A DNA stretch of 20,000 nucleotides from Catajapyx aquilonaris (lineage: Eukaryota). The translations under genes were made by a program, and so were the position numbers. Of this stretch, positions 16,901 to 20,000 are shown one piece after another; positions within the stretch are counted from its first letter, which is position 1; every line of letters starts with the position of its first letter. The DNA is taken from assembly GCA_000934665.2 (NCBI GenBank), contig KZ538093.1:109305-129304 (forward strand), read 5' to 3'. Below the pieces are notes generated by a model. That model was not told the origin of the DNA. It made no database searches and saw only the letters and a program-made list of their open reading frames with translations.

Positions 16901-18099
16901 TGTCGTTCGTTGGTTTAACGGAGTGAAGGTGTACTTCGCGCTTGGCAAAGCCACTATAAAGTTCGTTGGCCTGCTGCGCCACAAGACGGACAGTAAATGT
17001 TGCGGATACAGAAACCCACAATAAGCGCCCAGCTCCGCTGTCGCTCCGCAAAAACTAAAAATATCACGCACGGGCGACATACCGTGCCTGGCAGGGCCAC
17101 AACAATGTACAGTTCTGTTGCGGTAACTAAAAGCCATACAGCAACACCAAGACAAAGGGCTATTCCATCCACTTAATCACCTCAAAATCCCGAATTGAAT
17201 CCCCAAAAGGCCGAAAAGAAGAATAAAGCACAGTTCCATGTAACCATGCAGCAGTATCAATAGGCACCCGATTGTTTGTGACACAACGTTGCCAACCGTC
17301 GGGAGGCCCCCCGCCCGCCTAACACCGACCGCGTTGTTAAGGTGCGGATAAACAATAGTTTATCCCCCAAAAAACCCTAGTGTGTCTATGGATTCTGAAG
17401 TGTTGCAGCAATGTGTTAATTGTTCGATTTTTATGTGATTGTCAATTTTTAAAAATCTTTAAGGTAATTTTGAAAAGATATTGAGTGGAAACATTTAAAA
17501 ATGGAGCGTTGTAAAATGGGACTTATCCGTATTGCCAACCCTTTCTGTTGATCATCTGATTTCATGTCATTGTGGATGAATTTTGTTGGTACTGTCAGAT
17601 TCTTCTGTTTTATTTCAGCAGAAAAAATCCATTTTGATCAAAATCAGACGATCAGCAATCTGCAATACTTCACCTAGCAACCAAATAGTGGTCCACTTTT
17701 CATGGTGCTGCACAAATGATCCTTGCGTTACAATTATTATATGCTCATTACCCTTGTTCATCCAGTAACTGGCCATAGCCATGTCGAGAGGGACTGCCAT
17801 GCTGCTGGTTTTATTGACTGAAAAATTCTTTTGGGGGTATGAAGCGTATGTATGTGTGTGTACTTTTGTTGTTACTACCTTCTGTCATATCTTAGGCACA
17901 GGGCTGGCTGAAGATGGCGTTGAGGAAGAGGAAGTGGAATTAAGTGACCAACTCTCTCCTGAAACAATTGATAAAGGACTGGAGCTCTCCAGTAACACAG
18001 CTGAGCTGGCAAACCATGCTTCTAGCTTGTTAGAAGAGCATGATCTCTCAGATGTGCTGAACAAGATATCTGATGATGCATTCACTAATCTGTTTGCAG
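7842..18099 (+). CDS. INO80D: INO80 complex subunit D orthologue, spliced, 3'-partial: join(7842..7954,8013..8114,13120..14330,14394..14781,14848..15085,15158..15320,15395..15496,17896..18099)
   Basis: The spliced N-terminus [77 protein letters not shown] closely matches the recalled human INO80D start ([51 protein letters not shown]...). A second C3H-C3H finger and a basic K/R tract follow. All introns are GT..AG with consistent phases (2,2,1,2,0,1,1,1); 2521 nt with no stop, so the gene continues beyond the window. Confidence 0.93.
8013..8114 (+). CDS. INO80D: INO80D coding exon 2
   Basis: Acceptor ttttctag| at 8012 after a 58-bp intron. Translates [33 protein letters not shown](G). Donor GG|GTGAGT at 8115. 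Confidence 0.95.
9488..9660 (+). mobile_element. tRNA-derived SINE (family 3), 3'-truncated at the Kolobok TTAA
   Basis: A-box-like TGGTCTGGCGG (9499-9509) and B-box-like GGTTGAAATCC (9542-9552) at tRNA spacing. The body loosely resembles SINE family 1. No tail or TSD seen. Confidence 0.6.
9665..10865. mobile_element. Kolobok-like DNA transposon, internally deleted
   Basis: TTAA at 9661-9664 and 10866-10869. TIRs of about 62 bp start AGGGACACTCCACTCAAAA (about 5 mismatches). An internal inverted repeat lies at 9862-10051 / 10520-10693. Confidence 0.88.
10150..10431 (+). pseudogene. Truncated ORF start resembling the Kolobok accessory protein (KolX / P2X7-ballast-like N-terminus)
   Basis: ATG lies in a CAAGATGGCG context. 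An acidic leader is followed by GILPYQFEP-acidic, a motif I recall preceding the Cys cluster in P2X7-C-terminus-like transposon proteins. The Cys cluster itself is absent. Confidence 0.5.
10866..10968 (+). repeat. Dispersed repeat, copy 1
   Basis: tcagaaatgactac...agcgccctcccttgggaacc...cctaaaagggc...gccctgtcac matches the reverse complement of 15797-15931. Confidence 0.85.
11026..11891. mobile_element. piggyBac-related non-autonomous element with ATAT TSD
   Basis: ATAT (11022-11025) CCTCCTGAGAC ... GTCTCAGGAGG ATAT (11892-11895). An internal end-like motif atgtccatttaaatgggcatttggtctcagg lies at about 11512-11541. Confidence 0.8.
12329..12966. mobile_element. Tc1/mariner-derived fold-back: two inverted transposase 3' ends
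   Basis: Imperfect inverted arms at about 12329-12520 / 12720-12907. The minus strand gives WGYLKSCAYN / LEDLESNISAAILTIYEDMQQR / IRVHMEAVEGQSQHIL*, and the plus strand gives AAIRTINVHILWRAFDN / VRMCMEDIEGQSQ. Right terminus GAACATCCTG|TA at 12966. Confidence 0.75.
13120..14330 (+). CDS. INO80D: INO80D coding exon 3 (end of zinc finger 1, basic tract, long S/T/P-rich low-complexity region)
   Basis: Acceptor ttttgttgcag| at 13119, in phase with exon 2 (GG+A=Gly, then FCNSHMVAAGMAPRKEKKPKK). Lies within ORF 13061..14353 and ends DLFPL(G) at donor G|GTAAGT 14331. Confidence 0.92.
14394..14781 (+). CDS. INO80D: INO80D coding exon 4
   Basis: Acceptor ttatttag| at 14393. Open frame (G)LAPSDSDDDTDDD...TLIAAARKYPNSAAAVL...KYLD(M). 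Donor AT|GTAAGT at 14782. Confidence 0.88.
14848..15085 (+). CDS. INO80D: INO80D coding exon 5 (second zf-C3Hc3H domain)
   Basis: CRFKESSGSSCQNVALPGSWHCKMHIMYNVNQQIFEHCTAKFASNLQCCIPTVDTTHELPLCTEHSLKR resembles the recalled human CTNKALPFTRHCFQHI...QQLFSSCTAKFADGQQCSVPVFDITHQTPLCEEH. Acceptor at 14847, donor AGG|GTATGT at 15086. Confidence 0.93.
15158..15320 (+). CDS. INO80D: INO80D coding exon 6 (basic, NLS-like tract)
   Basis: Acceptor cag| at 15157. Translates DNYDRMVCKHKPKRTRKRTKPSAMTRPNKRGKKKKRSQ. The 3' boundary is ambiguous (donor at 15321 or in-frame donor at 15342). Confidence 0.85.
15395..15496 (+). CDS. INO80D: INO80D coding exon 7 (acidic)
   Basis: Acceptor ttttgcag| at 15394, phase 1. 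Translates (D)SAISEDPPKASDLEDTKGSPFSQLDYAMDSTIQ. Donor CAAG|GTGTGC at 15497. Confidence 0.72.
15797..15931 (-). repeat. Dispersed repeat, copy 2 (inverted, with expanded poly-G)
   Basis: Reverse-complement match to 10866-10968, with a G run at about 15839-15860. Confidence 0.85.
16552..17358. mobile_element. Unclassified TIR element (about 800 bp, CpG-rich)
   Basis: Perfect 19-bp inverted repeat CTATTGTTTATCCGCACCT / AGGTGCGGATAAACAATAG, extending imperfectly to about 45 bp. Confidence 0.82.
17896..18099 (+). CDS. INO80D: INO80D coding exon 8 (acidic, LEEHDLSDVLNKISDDAF)
   Basis: Acceptor cttag| at 17895, phase 1. Translates (G)TGLAEDGVEEEEVELSDQLSPETIDKGLEL...HDLSDVLNKISDDAFTNLFA, resembling the recalled human EDFSDVLPRLPDD segment. 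Donor CAG|GTATTG at 18100. Confidence 0.82.
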
Positions 18100-18146
18100 G
18101 TATTGTACGCTACTGCATGATTGAAATATGAAATCCATTATGCATA

Positions 18147-18392
18147 CAGTGTTGGACATTTATTTATATATTTATTTATATATTTATTTATTATGAAGCC
18201 CCTTTCGAGGGCATAACCCTTTTTGGGGGACAGTGTTGGACATTAATCAAGTCATACTCCTAGCGACATTTTCCGAAGCAACGGAAGAACGAATCTTGCT
18301 TGCACGGCTTGCACTGTCCATGTCTTCGATTTCTTCTTCTGCCGCTTGGGAAAATGTCGGTAGCAGTATGACTCGATTAATGTCCAACACTA
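18147..18392. mobile_element. Fold-back MITE with hAT-like CAGTGTTGG termini
   Basis: Imperfect TIRs of about 65 bp at 18231-18295 / 18328-18392 (cagtgttggacattaatcaagtcatact.. / ..agtatgactcgattaatgtccaacacta). No 8-bp TSD is recognisable. Confidence 0.75.
18161..18229 (-). mobile_element. 69-bp 5'-truncated retroposon (LINE/SINE 3' end)
   Basis: Perfect 15-bp TSD ACAGTGTTGGACATT (18146-18160, 18230-18244). The minus strand reads ccccc aaaaagggttatgccctcgaaaggggc followed by an (ATAA)n-like tail. Confidence 0.75.
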
Positions 18393-18750
18393 CCATTTGA
18401 TTTCAGAGAAGTTGTAGTCACAATACTTTGACCCCTATTTCTCAGCCACTTATTCTCTTTTTTTCTATCCTCTATTTCACTTATCAATTTAAAATGCTTT
18501 TAAAAACTTTTTACACCAAAAATAATCATTCCTGAAGCAAAATGGGCATCCTACAAATTCCCTATCTGGGTGGTAACCGTTTCATAAAGATTGAAAATTA
18601 TTCTGTTTGATTGTCTCACATACGAATGTTGTTAGAGTGAATTTCAAGCATGAAAGACTGTCAAACCCTTATGTACTTATCAAACCAGCCACATTTTCCA
18701 TGTTAAATGGGAAAGAAAATAAGACATCCCCACCCCCACACACACACACC

Positions 18751-19009
18751 GGCGCGCATTCCTATCCTTGTGAGGTTTTTCCAAAATTTAAAATTTAAAA
18801 CTAACCTAACCTAACCTACAAGGAAACACACGAAATTTTGGTGAAATATATTTTTACTGTCTTTATGAGGTATTGTTTCGATTTTACCCTATCCTTGTGA
18901 GGCGTGTGTTCACTATGAGGTACAGGAAAACTACCTCGTAATGACAAAATTCCTCACAAGGATAGGAAAAACGCGTAAAAAATTCCTCACAAGGATAGCA
19001 AGACGCGTC
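18751..19009. mobile_element. Non-autonomous TIR element inserted in a (CA)n microsatellite
   Basis: (CA)n on both flanks in the same orientation and imperfect TIRs of about 25 bp. The motif CTATCCTTGTGAGG occurs twice forward (18762, 18889) and twice reverse (18952, 18985). Internal (CTAAC)3 at 18801-18818. Confidence 0.8.
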
Positions 19010-19328
19010 CACACACACACGCACACACAACACAACTGCATGTTGGGTCTGGTAGAAGCTATATTATGTCATACAATATCTAGATCATCTCAATTGAGCC
19101 AAAGTAATTTTGTGTTTTGAATTTGAAAACGAATTTTGTTACTTGAGCAATTTTCACTGAAATAATTATGACGACATACTTTATTACCATGTTTCTAATT
19201 AGCAAAGTTTCCTGGAGGTGGGGACGTGTGTTTCCCCCTACCTTTTACAAGGGAAGGTCGGAAAGCAGGGTTTCCTTATGTTAAAATTAAACAATGGAAA
19301 CACATGGGCAGATATAGCCACATATTTA

Positions 19329-19464
19329 GGGCCGTTTTCTCGAACAGTGGTTCAAATGTAAACCTGGTTTAAACCCTTGACAACAGCCTAACAACAATCA
19401 AATCAGGGATTAAACTGGCTTTGAACCCGGTTTGCATTTGAACCATTGTTCGAGAAAACGGCCC
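19329..19464. mobile_element. PIF/Harbinger (Tourist-like) MITE, 136 bp
   Basis: TTA TSD (19326-19328, 19465-19467). TIRs of about 40 bp: GGGCCGTTTTCTCGAACA.../...TGTTCGAGAAAACGGCCC. Confidence 0.9.
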
Positions 19465-19617
19465 TTAGGCATGTATTTGTATTTATTAGGACTGACCATG
19501 CCCGTCAAGGCCCAACAGCCAAATATATAACATATTTAGGCTAATTTTCTAGGTAGTCCCTTGGTCTGTTGAGGCTTTTATCAAAGGGTAGATCCAGGTG
19601 GAGAAGCATTGATGTTA

Positions 19618-20000
19618 GAAAGGTGCGTCCTGTACAAATAATGTTGCACCTCCATTTTGAGGTCAACCTTCAGAGTGAAAACATCAACCTTAAGGTGTTA
19701 ATTCAGTTTGTGGAAGCGGTGGAGAAGCTGTTGTCAAGATAGGGCGGCTTTTGCACAATAACACATGGACACACACTTGGTCAAACTTCCCTCTTCTGCC
19801 CGTAGTCCAGATATATCAGCAACAGACTTCCATCTGTTTCAAAAATTGAAAAAGCACTTTCGAGGCAATACAACTCTAAGTGTGAAAAAATTGGAGTCTA
19901 CAGGGTGCATATTTCCACCACCAATGCTTCTGTTTTTTAACACATTGCCATGATAAATGTCTCAGTAGGTTATGTGACTGTGTCAAAGAGTACATTGAAT
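19618..20000 (+). mobile_element. Decayed, internally deleted mariner transposase remnant
   Basis: LLHNNTWTH (cf. LHDNARPH), RSPDISATDFHLFQKLKKHFRG (cf. YSPDLAPSDFHLF..LK..LRG) and HDKCLSRLCDCVKE (cf. YDKCL...GDYVEK), in shifted frames. Confidence 0.85.

Noticed and set aside
16898..17155. Cys-rich minus-strand ORF as a THAP domain
   Set aside because: It lacks the FP, W and CxxHF motifs of THAP.
17599..17807. Extra INO80D exon(s) at acceptor-like sites (17598, 17618, 17765)
   Set aside because: The frames hit stops or need weak donors, and there is no recognisable homology; RNA-seq would be needed.
18406..18416. Terminal exon after tttcag (EKL*)
   Set aside because: INO80D homologues, as I recall them, have further conserved sequence after this region, so the gene more likely continues outside the window.
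18801..18818. Telomere or interstitial telomeric array
   Set aside because: Only about 3.5 units, internal to a transposon.
1..20000. CRISPR array, operon or other prokaryotic/phage system
   Set aside because: There is no regularly spaced repeat-spacer array or dense ORF packing; spliceosomal introns and SINEs show the DNA is eukaryotic.

Overview
AT-rich eukaryotic (metazoan, most plausibly arthropod) genomic DNA with a 152-N assembly gap. It holds the 5' part of one spliced plus-strand protein-coding gene, an INO80 complex subunit D (INO80D) orthologue. Eight coding exons can be read (7842-18099, about 840 codons, two C3H-C3H zinc-finger domains), and the gene runs off the right edge. The rest, probably all intronic, is densely packed with mostly non-autonomous transposons, many with intact TIRs and target-site duplications (TSDs). 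These include Tigger/pogo-like, Tc1/mariner, piggyBac (TTAA and ATAT types), hAT, PIF/Harbinger and Kolobok elements, a (CA)n-inserted element, three tRNA-derived SINEs and a 69-bp retroposon tail. The most unusual structures are an internally deleted Kolobok element with a second internal inverted repeat and a KolX-like ORF start, and a multi-level transposon nest with tandem MITEs joined by a conserved spacer. Also notable are an ATAT-TSD piggyBac-like element, a fold-back made of two transposase 3' ends, a 3' motif shared by three different retroposons, and an inverted repeat pair bracketing exons 3-7. I see no prokaryotic-type system and cannot claim a demonstrably new one. Family names rest on recalled consensus features, not on database searches.
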